A stretch of DNA of 32,000 nucleotides from contig NZ_LN831039.1 in NCBI RefSeq assembly GCF_001457595.1, positions 1,890,001-1,922,000 of the forward strand, given 5' to 3'. The stretch comes from Mycolicibacterium smegmatis (GTDB taxonomy: Bacteria; Actinomycetota; Actinomycetes; Mycobacteriales; Mycobacteriaceae). The translations under genes were made by a program, and so were the position numbers. Below the pieces are notes generated by a model. The model did not search any database, was not told where the DNA came from, and was given only the letters and a program-made list of their open reading frames with translations. Shown piece by piece: positions 8,660 to 17,407 of this stretch (position 1 is the stretch's first letter; every line of letters begins with the position of its first letter).

Positions 8660-9577
8660 TCAGCGAAACAGGTACTGCACGAACAGATTCCATGGGTCGG
8701 TGTAGCGGTGGGTGATGTCGGCCGCGCCGGCCTCGCCCAGTAGCCGAACCCAACTGACGACGTCGAGTTCGTACACGTCACGTTCCTCGCGGGACCGGAA
8801 GGCGTAGTCGACCTGCTCGATGCACCAGTGGCGCAGGATCGCCTCCCATGCCTCGGTGAGCGCGGAATCCGTGGGCGCCGAGTCGATCGCGTGGGCCACC
8901 GCGCGTGCGGCCCGCCGCACGTAGACGTCGAGGAAATGATCGACGAGCGTTTCGTCACCGGGGGACAGGGCGATGTCGTTGTAGCAGTCGGCCTCGTTGA
9001 GGATCCCGATGCCGGATCGGGACCGCAACGCCGCGACAACCCGTCGCAGGATCTCCAGCTTGCCGTCACCGGTCATCCCGAACGCCTCGCGCTGCGCGGC
9101 GTTCTCGCCGGCGTGGTGATGTAGTGTCAGGCTGCAGACGACGACGTCGGCCGGCGGCGCAGCGGCCGATGCCACGGGAGCCACCACGGAGTGGAAGTCC
9201 ACGTTCCCGGGAAGCCGCTGCCGCACGGCCTGGTGTGCGTCCGGGTTCGGATCGATGAGTGTGAACGTCCCCGAGGGAAGCGAATCGAGAAGTCCGTGCC
9301 ACAGGGCACCGTTGCCACCCCCGATCTCCACCACGTGCCAGTCGCTACGCCCGTGCAGTACCGCGCTGATCGCCTCGCGGTTGTGGCCGTATATCGCGTC
9401 GACGAACGGTAATTGCGTCCACGCGTTGTAGAGACTGTCAGGCCCGAACGTGGTGTTCCACGCCTCGGTGTCGATTCGTCGCAGACGCGCGCGCAGTTCG
9501 GTCAGCGCAGCGAACTGCTCCCCGCGGGGCAGGATGGTCAACCTGTCGAGCGTGGCGGTCCACGTGCGCGATGTCAT
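8660..9577 (-). CDS. Class I SAM-dependent methyltransferase
   Basis: VVEIGGGNGALWHGLLDSL (motif I), FTLIDPNP, ADVVVCSLTLHHHAG. Confidence 0.72.
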   Translation of the reverse strand: MTSRTWTATLDRLTILPRGEQFAALTELRARLRRIDTEAWNTTFGPDSLYNAWTQLPFVDAIYGHNREAISAVLHGRSDWHVVEIGGGNGALWHGLLDSLPSGTFTLIDPNPDAHQAVRQRLPGNVDFHSVVAPVASAAAPPADVVVCSLTLHHHAGENAAQREAFGMTGDGKLEILRRVVAALRSRSGIGILNEADCYNDIALSPGDETLVDHFLDVYVRRAARAVAHAIDSAPTDSALTEAWEAILRHWCIEQVDYAFRSREERDVYELDVVSWVRLLGEAGAADITHRYTDPWNLFVQYLFR

Positions 9578-9651
9578 CGCGTCTTCTGACGCCGGACATG
9601 GCGCAAGTATTCGCGGTGCGGCGAAACTGTCCGAAGCGATCTCCCCGCAGC

Positions 9652-10266
9652 TCAGCGCAACAGGCTTGCCGAAGCCGTGTCACGGAGCCAGCGTTCGGCC
9701 TTCTCCGGTGACCAGCCGTTGTCGTCGAGCAGCGTGAAAAACCCGGTGTACCCGAAGAAGAACCACAGCACATCCACAGCATCTTTGACGGTGATCCCAG
9801 GTTTGAGTGCATTGAGTTCACAGAGTCGCGTTGCCACGATGTGCATTGCGGCCCGGTAACGCTCGGTCGCCACGTGAAGTCTCTCGGCCGCGGTGTCGTC
9901 CTGCTGCGCTGTCGTGAGCACTATCCGCATGACGTCACCCCAGTCACCACGCATGCGCCGTACCGCGGAGGAGGTGAGTTCCATTACCGCGTCGGCGGTC
10001 TCGGCAATGTTGATGGCGGCATACGCTTCGGCGACCTCGGGCGCCTGGGTCCACTCGTCGACCAATGTGTGCAGCAGTCCCTGCTTGCCTCCCGCAACGG
10101 CGTAAACCGTTGCGGGGGAGACGCGTGCGCGGGTCGCGATGTCGTCGACCTTGGTGCGTACATAACCACGTTGTGCGAACAGTTCACGTGCGGCGTCGAT
10201 GATTGCTCGCCGTGTCAGTTCTGCGTACTCGGCGCGGCGAGATGTCCCGCGCGGTTGTTCGCTCAT
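9652..10266 (-). CDS. TetR-family transcriptional regulator
   Basis: TRRAIIDAARELFAQRGYVRTKVDDIATRARVSPATVYAVAGGKQGLLHTLVDEW HTH. ATG at 10266 (MSEQPRGTSRR...); divergent from the FAD oxidoreductase. Confidence 0.87.
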   Translation of the reverse strand: MSEQPRGTSRRAEYAELTRRAIIDAARELFAQRGYVRTKVDDIATRARVSPATVYAVAGGKQGLLHTLVDEWTQAPEVAEAYAAINIAETADAVMELTSSAVRRMRGDWGDVMRIVLTTAQQDDTAAERLHVATERYRAAMHIVATRLCELNALKPGITVKDAVDVLWFFFGYTGFFTLLDDNGWSPEKAERWLRDTASASLLR

Positions 10267-10323
10267 GCCGTCAGCGTAACGAGCAGGGTGGCCAACTCCG
10301 GACAATGGGTGCAAACTGGAATC

Positions 10324-10342
10324 ATTAGAGTCTAGCTCTAGT
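10324..10342. promoter_or_regulatory. Candidate TetR operator between the TetR gene (9652-10266) and the FAD oxidoreductase gene
   Basis: ATTAGAG-TCTAG-CTCTAGT inverted repeat; inner 5-bp arms perfect, 6/7 over the extended arms. Confidence 0.45.
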
Positions 10343-10375
10343 GAGTACACCCTTCCTCCGATTCCGGGAGAGTCA

Positions 10376-11746
10376 ATGCTGCAAGTGCACCCCACGATGG
10401 TCGACGAGCTCGCGATGTCCATGCCTGAGCGCGTGCACCTCCCCGGCTCACCCGAGTACGGCGACGCCGTGGCCATCTGGAACGGCGCGGTGACGGAACG
10501 TCCTGCCGCCGTGGTGCGTCCCACGTCGTCCGGCGATGTGCAGAACGTCGTGCGGTTCGCGCACGAACAGCGGATCCCGGTCACCGTGCGGGCCGGCGGA
10601 CATGACTGGGGCGGCCGGGCACTCAACGAGGGTGGGCTGGTCATCGACCTGTCGTCGATGCGGAAGGTCTACGTCGATCCGGCCGCGCGCGAGGCGCTCG
10701 TCGAGGGCGGCGCCACCGCCGAGGACGTCGTGCAGGCAGCTGAGCGGCACGGGCTCACCGCGGCCGCACCGAACCTCGCCGACGTCGGTTTCACCGGGTT
10801 CACCCTCGGCGGTGGCTACGGCCCGCTCAACGGGATCGCCGGCCTCGGTGTCGACAACCTGCTCGAGGCACACGTGGTTCTCGCCGACGGACGGTCGGTC
10901 ACCGCGAATGCCGGCGACGAGGCGGATCTGTTGTGGGCGCTGCGTGGCGGAGGCGCGAATTTCGGCGTGGTGACGCATCTTCGGGTGCGTCTGCACCCGG
11001 TTCCTCACCTGGCCACCGGCGTGCTCATGTTCCCGTGGGAGCAGGCGGCAGAGGTGATGCGCCGTTACGACGCACTGGCGCCGTCGCTGCCGGACGGCCT
11101 CACGGCGCAGATCGGGGTGATCCCCGCTCCCGACGGCGGGCCCGTGGTGTTCGTGGCGCCGTACTGGGTCGGCGACCCCGACGAGGGTGACCGATGGGTG
11201 GGGGAGTTGCGGCGACTCGGAACGCCGGTGGTCGATCAGGTCGCGCCGATGTCGCCGAGTGCCCAGCTACGCCTGCTCGATCCTCTCGTACCGCGCGGAC
11301 GGCACTACGAGATGCGCACGGTCAACGTCGAGACGCTGTCCTCAGGGGTGATCGATGCACTCGTGGCTGCCGGCTCGTCGCGTACGAGCCCCGCGAGTGT
11401 GCTGGCCCTGCACCACTTCCACGGTGCGTCGACGCGCATCGGCGTCACAGACACCGCATTCGGTCTGCGCACACCGCATTTCCTGGTGGAGATCGTCGCG
11501 GCCTGGGACGCCGATTCCGGCGAGGACGGCGAACGGCATCGGCACTGGGCGCAGTCGACTTTCGACGCGCTCGGCGCTCATGCGCTGCCGGGTGGCTACC
11601 CGAATCTCATCGGCCCGGACCAGCGGAACCAGGCTGACGCCGCCTACGGCCCCAACGCCGAGCGCCTCCTCGCCGTCAAGGACCGGTGGGACGCGGGGAA
11701 CGTCTTCACGGCCATTCCTCTTCCGTCGCGATCGGTCACGTCCTGA
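10376..11746 (+). CDS. FAD-binding oxidoreductase (PCMH/BBE, berberine-bridge-like)
   Basis: VRAGGHDWGGRALNEGGLVIDLSSM (His flavinylation motif), TLGGGYGPLNGIAGLGVDNLL, C-terminal BBE motif AAYGPNAERLLAVKDRWDAGNVF. Confidence 0.87.
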   Translation: MLQVHPTMVDELAMSMPERVHLPGSPEYGDAVAIWNGAVTERPAAVVRPTSSGDVQNVVRFAHEQRIPVTVRAGGHDWGGRALNEGGLVIDLSSMRKVYVDPAAREALVEGGATAEDVVQAAERHGLTAAAPNLADVGFTGFTLGGGYGPLNGIAGLGVDNLLEAHVVLADGRSVTANAGDEADLLWALRGGGANFGVVTHLRVRLHPVPHLATGVLMFPWEQAAEVMRRYDALAPSLPDGLTAQIGVIPAPDGGPVVFVAPYWVGDPDEGDRWVGELRRLGTPVVDQVAPMSPSAQLRLLDPLVPRGRHYEMRTVNVETLSSGVIDALVAAGSSRTSPASVLALHHFHGASTRIGVTDTAFGLRTPHFLVEIVAAWDADSGEDGERHRHWAQSTFDALGAHALPGGYPNLIGPDQRNQADAAYGPNAERLLAVKDRWDAGNVFTAIPLPSRSVTS

Positions 11747-11859
11747 CGCGAGCGGCTTCGGCCGACACCCCGAGCCGCTGAGCAACGGCGCCCACGGCTC
11801 GGTACATATCGAATGCCCGTAAAAGCACTCGGGCACAAGCGATCAAGGAGATTGCTTCG

Positions 11860-12474
11860 ATGTTTGCAACTTGCGGCGCCGGTGCCACGATCACCGGTCC
11901 GGACGCGCTCGCCGAGCGGTTCGTCCGTGAGACCGAACCCGTCCGGGACTTTTTGATCCGCAACGCCATCCGGCTGACACACCAACGTGCCGACGCCGAG
12001 GACCTCGTACAGGAAACCCTGCTCAAGGCGTACCTGTCCTTCGGCAGATACCGAGAGGGCAACCATCTCAAGGCCTGGCTGGCGCGGATCATGTCCAACG
12101 CGTGGATCGACAGGCACCGGTCGGCCCAACGGCGTCCGGCAGAACAACTCAGCGCCGAGATGGCCGACCTCAGGTTCAGCGCCGAGATGCTCTCTGCGGG
12201 TAGGGGCTGGGTGGATTCCGCGGAGACACAGGCCCTGCAGTCGATGCCGGGTGATGCGGGTATCGCGCTGGCGATGCTGCCGCCCGAGTTGCGCGACATC
12301 GTGTACTACGCCTGTGTCGCCGACTACCGGAACACCGAGATCGCGGTGCTGCTCGGCATCCCGGTGGGTACGGTGGGGTCACGGCTGCACCGCGGGAAAG
12401 CCCTGCTGCGCGAGGCCCTCTCACCTTCGACCGATACCGGCCAGGCGCCCGACGAGACAAGGATGGCAGGATGA
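11860..12474 (+). CDS. ECF-type RNA polymerase sigma factor
   Basis: Sigma-70 region 2 (HQRADAEDLVQETLLKAYLSFGRYREGNHLKAWLARIMSNAWIDRHR) and region 4 (LPPELRDIVYYACVADYRNTEIAVLLGIPVGTVGSRLHRGKALLRE). Confidence 0.88.
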   Translation: MFATCGAGATITGPDALAERFVRETEPVRDFLIRNAIRLTHQRADAEDLVQETLLKAYLSFGRYREGNHLKAWLARIMSNAWIDRHRSAQRRPAEQLSAEMADLRFSAEMLSAGRGWVDSAETQALQSMPGDAGIALAMLPPELRDIVYYACVADYRNTEIAVLLGIPVGTVGSRLHRGKALLREALSPSTDTGQAPDETRMAG

Positions 12475-12909
12475 CAGCACTTCCCGGCTGGGCCGCGGAC
12501 CTCGGCATGTCGCCGCACCCGGAAGGGGGCTGGTACGCCGAGACCTGGCGCAGCGACCTGACCATCCCACAGGACGCACTACCCGACGGCTACGCCGGCC
12601 CCGCGCAGCGCGGGCACGGCCATCCTGTTCCTGCTGATGCCGGGGCAGGAATCCGCGTGGCACACCGTCCGCAGCGCCGAACTGTGGCTGTACCACCGCG
12701 GCAGCCCACTGTTGCTCGAAGTGGGGGCCGAGATGGCCGATACCACAACACATCTGCTGGGTTCCGACATCGCCGCAGGACAGCGGCCGCAGGTATTGGT
12801 ACCGCCAGGACACTGGCAGCGCGCCCGTCCTCGCGACGACGAACCCACGCTGGTCAGTTGTGTCGTCGCACCCGGCTTCGACTTCACCGATTTCACGATG
12901 CACACGTGA
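12471..12909 (+). pseudogene. DUF985/cupin_5 family protein, interrupted by an apparent +1 frameshift
   Basis: N-terminal MTALPGWAADLGMSPHPEGGWYAETWRSD in frame 3; C-terminal SAGTAILFLLMPGQESAWHTVRSAELWLYHRGSPLLLEVG...VVAPGFDFTDFTMHT in frame 1. The switch is near the CCCC run at 12599-12602. ATGA overlap with the sigma stop. Confidence 0.8.
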
Positions 12910-12926
12910 CAGGGCATCGCGCCTGA

Positions 12927-13808
12927 CTACGAACCGAGTTCGGCCAGTTGGGGAACCGCCGGCGCCATCCCGTCGATCCAGGCCGCGGGGGATCCGGTGG
13001 TCGGTATGACAATCGCGGTGTGCACACCCAGTTTCGCGTAATCGGCCATGCTGCGGACGAATTCGTCACGCGTCTCGGGCGTCGGACGCGGATCGTTGTT
13101 GGCTATGATCGTCACCCGGATCTGGTCGAAGTCCCGGCCTACGGTGTCGCAGTGCCGTTTCAGGACGTCGATCTTGTGCCCGACCTCGTCGACCGACGAC
13201 GCGAAAAGGTTGCACGCGTCTCCGTATTGGGCCACCAATCGCAGTGTCTTGCGTTCACCGCTGCCGCCGATCATCACCTTGGGCCGGTTGATGGGCTGCG
13301 GTGAACACAGGGTTTCCGCCAACTGGTAGTACTTGCCGTCGTACGGCCCGTTGTCGGCCGGGTCCCACATCTGCGCGCAGATCTGCAGCGTCTCCTCCAA
13401 CCGCTCGAAGCGCTCGGCGAGCGGGGGGAACGGCACACCGAGTCCCACGTGTTCGCGCTCGAACCACGCCGCGCCGACGCCCAGAACCGCACGGCCACCC
13501 GAGAGTACGTCGAGCGTGGTGACGATCTTTGCCAGCAGGCCTGGGTGGCGGTAGGTGACACCGGTGACCAGGAGGCCCAACGGCACCGTCTCGGTATGCG
13601 CGGCGAGGTAACCCAGCGTGGTGTAGCCCTCGAGCATGTGTGCCTCGGCGGGCAGGCCCGTCGGCTCGATCTGGAAGAAATGGTCCATGAACGACAACCA
13701 GCTCGCACCGGCCGCCTCGGCGGACTCACCTACACGCGCGAGTTCACCGGCGATCGCGGTGGTGCCGCCGTCGATGTCGAAGATCGGAATGTGAAAACCA
13801 AGGTCCAT
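12927..13808 (-). CDS. LLM-class F420-dependent oxidoreductase
   Basis: MDLGFHIPIFDIDGG..., LGLLVTGVTYRHPGLLAKIVTTLDVLSGGRAVLGVGAAWFEREHVGLGVPFPPLAERFERLEE. Confidence 0.87.
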   Translation of the reverse strand: MDLGFHIPIFDIDGGTTAIAGELARVGESAEAAGASWLSFMDHFFQIEPTGLPAEAHMLEGYTTLGYLAAHTETVPLGLLVTGVTYRHPGLLAKIVTTLDVLSGGRAVLGVGAAWFEREHVGLGVPFPPLAERFERLEETLQICAQMWDPADNGPYDGKYYQLAETLCSPQPINRPKVMIGGSGERKTLRLVAQYGDACNLFASSVDEVGHKIDVLKRHCDTVGRDFDQIRVTIIANNDPRPTPETRDEFVRSMADYAKLGVHTAIVIPTTGSPAAWIDGMAPAVPQLAELGS

Positions 13809-13845
13809 GGGTCCTAGAACCGGTGTGGTCCACGTCGCATTCCCG

Positions 13846-14883
13846 TCAGATCGGCGGCACTGCCGGTGGGTCGATCAGGGATCGGTCGCCGTCGTAGCCG
13901 TTGAGCAGAGCGCCCGAGACGTCGTCGTGTGGGGCGCCCATCCGCAGCGCGCTCGCCTTGTCCAGACGCTGATAGTGGCGGATGTCCAGGTCGACAGGCC
14001 GCAGATACTCGGACAGGTGCTCCACGATGCGCGGTCCCAGGATCGGGATCAGCGCCGTCGAGGCCAGTGCGGCTCGGTAGCGCAGCCACTCCAGGGCGAC
14101 CCCGGCCGCGGTTTGTCCGGTCTCGTCGGCGATCGCGAGGACCTCGTCGATCACCGCGGTCTGCTGGGAGTCCTTCTCGACGGCGCGGCCTGCCGCACTG
14201 AGCCGACCGGTCTCGCCCCGGCGATATTTGCCGGTGAGGAGCCCACCGGCAAGGGGCGAGTAGAGCAGGACGCCGAGGCCGTATGCCTCGGCCATCGGGA
14301 GCAGTTCCCGGTCGGCGGAGCGCTCGGCCAGGCTGTACTCGGTCTCGATGCAGATCGGCCGGGGCATGCCCAGCAGGTCCGCGCGGGCGGCGGCGCCCGC
14401 GATGCGCCAGGCCGGGAAGTTGGAGAACCCGCCGTACCGGATCTTGCCGGACCGCACCAGGTCCTCGAATCCCGCCATGATCTCCTCGGCCGGGGTGATC
14501 TGGTCGGGAAAGTGGGGCATGAAAACGTCGACGTAGTCGGTGTTGAGGCGTCGCAGGCTCGCTTCCAGCGAGCGCATCATGGTTTTGCGGCCGTTGCCCG
14601 TGGTCCCGGGACGTGGTGTCCTCGCGTTCGGGTTCTCTCCCGAATACTTCGTCACCACGACGTAGTCGTCGCGGTCCCGGCCCATGAGGTCACCGAGAAG
14701 CGCCTCGGCGCGACCGTCTTGATAGACATTCGACGTGGCGAACGCGGTGCCGCCGGCCTCGACGAACGCCTCGAACACCGCCCGCGCGTCGTCATCGCCG
14801 CCGGGCGCGCCGAAACGCGCTGTTCGCAGGGCATACTCCGATACGCGCAATCCGGTGTGCCTGCCGAGTGTTCGGTATCGCAT
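13846..14883 (-). CDS. Aldo/keto reductase family protein (atypical catalytic motif)
   Basis: MRYRTLGRHTGLRVSEYAL..., SLRRLNTDYVDVFMPHFPDQITPAEEIMAGFEDLVRSGKIRYGGFSNF, YSPLAGGLLTGKY. ATG at 14883; the ORF is open to 15024. Confidence 0.82.
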   Translation of the reverse strand: MRYRTLGRHTGLRVSEYALRTARFGAPGGDDDARAVFEAFVEAGGTAFATSNVYQDGRAEALLGDLMGRDRDDYVVVTKYSGENPNARTPRPGTTGNGRKTMMRSLEASLRRLNTDYVDVFMPHFPDQITPAEEIMAGFEDLVRSGKIRYGGFSNFPAWRIAGAAARADLLGMPRPICIETEYSLAERSADRELLPMAEAYGLGVLLYSPLAGGLLTGKYRRGETGRLSAAGRAVEKDSQQTAVIDEVLAIADETGQTAAGVALEWLRYRAALASTALIPILGPRIVEHLSEYLRPVDLDIRHYQRLDKASALRMGAPHDDVSGALLNGYDGDRSLIDPPAVPPI

Positions 14884-14965
14884 TGAGTGGAGAACGTCAG
14901 CGGGCGTGAAATCGTTCCGTCGCGGCGGGGGCAACGGTTCGGAGGATCGGGCATAAACTCCGGTT

Positions 14966-15718
14966 GTGACAATCGGTTTGATCTGCGCACTGCCGCAGGA
15001 ACTGGCCCATCTGCGCGACCTCATGGGCGACGTCGACGTTGTTCACCACGCGCACACGACTTTCGAGGCCGGGACGCTCGACGGGCGTGAGGTGGTGGTT
15101 GCCGGCACGGGCATGGGCAAGGTCAACGCCGCGCTCGTGACGACCCTGCTGATCCACGGTTTCGGTTGCCGCACAACCGTTTTCTCGGGTGTCGCGGGTG
15201 GCTTGGACCCGGATCTGAACGTCGGGGACGTCATCGTGGCCGAGCGGGTGGTCCAGCATGATGCGGGCCTGATCGAGAACGAACAGCTGCAGACCTACCA
15301 GGCCGGCCACGTCCCGTTCATCAATCCCACCGACCGCCTCGGCTATGACGTCGACCCGGCCTTGCTCGGCAAGGTCAGGGCTGCGCTTGAGGATCTTCAC
15401 CTGCCTGGGCTGTCGACGCGTGCGGGTGGGCAGGGCCGCCCGGCTCAGATCGCCTACGGCACAGTTCTTTCAGGTGACCAGTACCTGCATTCTGCGCCGA
15501 CCCGGGACCGGTTGCACGCCCAGTTCGGAGGCCGTGCCGTCGAGATGGAGGGCGGTGCGGTGGCCCAGGTCGCCGAGGCGTTCGGTGCGGATTGGCTGGT
15601 GATCCGGGCACTGTCGGATCTCGCCGGTGAGGATTCCCGGTTCGAGTTCGACCAGTTCGCCGGCGAGGTCGCCGCCGCATCCTGTGCGGTGCTGCGCACG
15701 TTGCTGCCCGTGCTCTGA
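14966..15718 (+). CDS. 5'-methylthioadenosine/S-adenosylhomocysteine nucleosidase-like phosphorylase family protein
   Basis: MTIGLICALPQELAHLRDLM, VVVAGTGMGKVNAALVTT, FSGVAGGLDPDLNVGDVIVAE, AVEMEGGAVAQVAEAFGADWLVIRALSDLA. Confidence 0.85.
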   Translation: MTIGLICALPQELAHLRDLMGDVDVVHHAHTTFEAGTLDGREVVVAGTGMGKVNAALVTTLLIHGFGCRTTVFSGVAGGLDPDLNVGDVIVAERVVQHDAGLIENEQLQTYQAGHVPFINPTDRLGYDVDPALLGKVRAALEDLHLPGLSTRAGGQGRPAQIAYGTVLSGDQYLHSAPTRDRLHAQFGGRAVEMEGGAVAQVAEAFGADWLVIRALSDLAGEDSRFEFDQFAGEVAAASCAVLRTLLPVL

Positions 15719-15798
15719 GCGTCCCGTCTGAATGCATCGCTGTCCACAGACGTTCCAAACCTGCAGAAGTTCGTGACCCCCGACACGAAAGGTCTTCT

Positions 15799-16230
15799 GT
15801 GAGAACCTCTGTGAAGTTACTGTCAACCTCGCTGCTCGCCATCCTCGCCGTGGGATCCCCGGCGATCGCGCACGCGACCCCGCCGAAGGGGGTGAGCGCC
15901 ACTGTGCTGTCCAAGCAGACGGTGGACGGCAAGGACTACATCGTCAGTGACATCACGATCCAGCCGGGTGGCAGCACCGGATGGCACACCCACGAGGGAC
16001 TGATCTACGGCATCGTCAAGACCGGTGTGCTCACGCATTACGGATCGGACTGCAAGCAGGACGGCGAATTCGGTCCCGGCACGCCCATCACCGATCCCAC
16101 CGGTGCCGATCACGTCCACATCGGACGCAACGAGGGCTCGGCGCCTCTGGTGCTCGAGGTCACCTACGTCGACCCGGCGGGCGCCCCGACGTCGGACAGC
16201 ACGCCCAGTCCGGGGTGCAACTTCGACTGA
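15799..16230 (+). CDS. Secreted cupin-domain protein
   Basis: Signal peptide MRTSVKLLSTSLLAILAVGSPAIAHA; cupin core PGGSTGWHTHEGLIYGIVKTGVLTHY. Confidence 0.8.
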   Translation: MRTSVKLLSTSLLAILAVGSPAIAHATPPKGVSATVLSKQTVDGKDYIVSDITIQPGGSTGWHTHEGLIYGIVKTGVLTHYGSDCKQDGEFGPGTPITDPTGADHVHIGRNEGSAPLVLEVTYVDPAGAPTSDSTPSPGCNFD

Positions 16231-16246
16231 GCGGCGCCGCGCTCAG
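16227..16246. terminator. Hairpin spanning both stop codons of the convergent cupin genes
   Basis: CTGAGCG-GCGCCG-CGCTCAG; contains TGA of the + gene (16228-16230) and the stop of the - gene (16243-16245). Confidence 0.45.
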
Positions 16247-16599
16247 CCCTCGGGATAGAACAGGAACAACACGCAGCCCTCTTTCGACTGCGGAACGTGC
16301 CAGGAACCGGCAGGTGCGTGCAGGAACGTGCCGGCCGGATAATCGTTCACACCGTCGTTGAACACACCCGAGACGACGTAGACCTCCTCGGGTCCCGGGT
16401 TGTGGTGATCCTCCTTGCCCCAGACGGCGCCGGGCGCGATCTCGGTGATGACGGCCTTGGCGCCGTTGTCGCCCTCCCACAGGAGCTTGATCGTGATGCC
16501 CGGAAACGGTTCTCTGGCCGGCACGTCACCCGAGAAGACCCAGGTGTACCCGGGGGCATTCGGGCCGAACTGCGAGATGTCGCCTTTCGATGTGGTCAT
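16243..16599 (-). CDS. Cupin-domain protein
   Basis: MTTSKGDISQFG..., PGAVWGKEDHHNPGPEEVYVVSGVFNDGVNDYPAGTFLHAPAGSWHVPQSKEG. ATG at 16599; ORF open to 16677. Confidence 0.75.
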   Translation of the reverse strand: MTTSKGDISQFGPNAPGYTWVFSGDVPAREPFPGITIKLLWEGDNGAKAVITEIAPGAVWGKEDHHNPGPEEVYVVSGVFNDGVNDYPAGTFLHAPAGSWHVPQSKEGCVLFLFYPEG

Positions 16600-16646
16600 G
16601 TCAAGCGCAACCTGATCCCACGAGCGACTATTTCCGGTCGCCGCAG

Positions 16647-17405
16647 TCAGGACGCCGTTTGGCACACGGGGCACCAATAGGTGACGCGCTCACCACCGCG
16701 ATCGGTCTGGATCAACGTGCCGCAGCGGCGGCACGGTTCACCGGCGCGGCCGTACACCCACAGCTGGCGGCCGTTGCGGGTGTCACCGGTGGTGGTGCGG
16801 TTCCAGCGGGAGCGGTTGAGCCACAACATGTCCCTCGCGTGTTGCACGACGCGCAGCGGATCCTTCAGGGTGCCGACCGGTGCGGTGGGCAGGCGGCCGA
16901 ACACGAAACACAACTCGTTGCAGTAGACATTGCCGACCCCTGCCATCACCCGCTGGTCGAGCAGGGCCTGCGCCAGCGGACGGTCCGGGTCGGCCGCGAG
17001 ATTGTCCGCAGCGACGCGCGGTTCCCAGTCCGGCCCCAGCAGGTCCGGGCCCAGGTAGGCGACGGCGTCCATGTCGGTACCGCGGTCGAGGACCTCCAGG
17101 ATCCCCAGGTCGATGCCGATCGCGCGGGTGTCGGCGGTCTCCAGCACGATGCGGATGCGATGGGGCGCGACCTTGGTGTGCCCGATCCGCCAGGCGCCCT
17201 CCATCTTGAGGTGCGAGTGGATGCTTGCCGATCCGGCACGGATGAACAGATGTTTGCCGCGGCTGAGCACCTCGTCGACCACCGCACCGCTCAGATCCAC
17301 CGTGGCGTAGCGCGGCACCCGCACATCGCACCGCGTGAGCGTCTTGCCTTCCAGGGCGGCGCGCAATGCTGCCGCGGTGTGGAACACGGTGTCGCCTTCG
17401 GGCAT
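16647..17405 (-). CDS. nei: Fpg/Nei family DNA glycosylase (endonuclease VIII-like)
   Basis: [19 protein letters not shown]-terminus (catalytic P2/E3), [22 protein letters not shown]-terminal zinc finger [25 protein letters not shown]. Confidence 0.92.
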   Translation of the reverse strand: MPEGDTVFHTAAALRAALEGKTLTRCDVRVPRYATVDLSGAVVDEVLSRGKHLFIRAGSASIHSHLKMEGAWRIGHTKVAPHRIRIVLETADTRAIGIDLGILEVLDRGTDMDAVAYLGPDLLGPDWEPRVAADNLAADPDRPLAQALLDQRVMAGVGNVYCNELCFVFGRLPTAPVGTLKDPLRVVQHARDMLWLNRSRWNRTTTGDTRNGRQLWVYGRAGEPCRRCGTLIQTDRGGERVTYWCPVCQTAS

Positions 17406-17407
17406 GC

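Noticed and set aside
6934-9069. 711-aa minus-strand ORF across the reductase and desaturase genes
   Set aside because: Antisense shadow ORF, low-complexity Arg/His/Gly/Val-rich translation; the opposite strand encodes two unmistakable enzymes.
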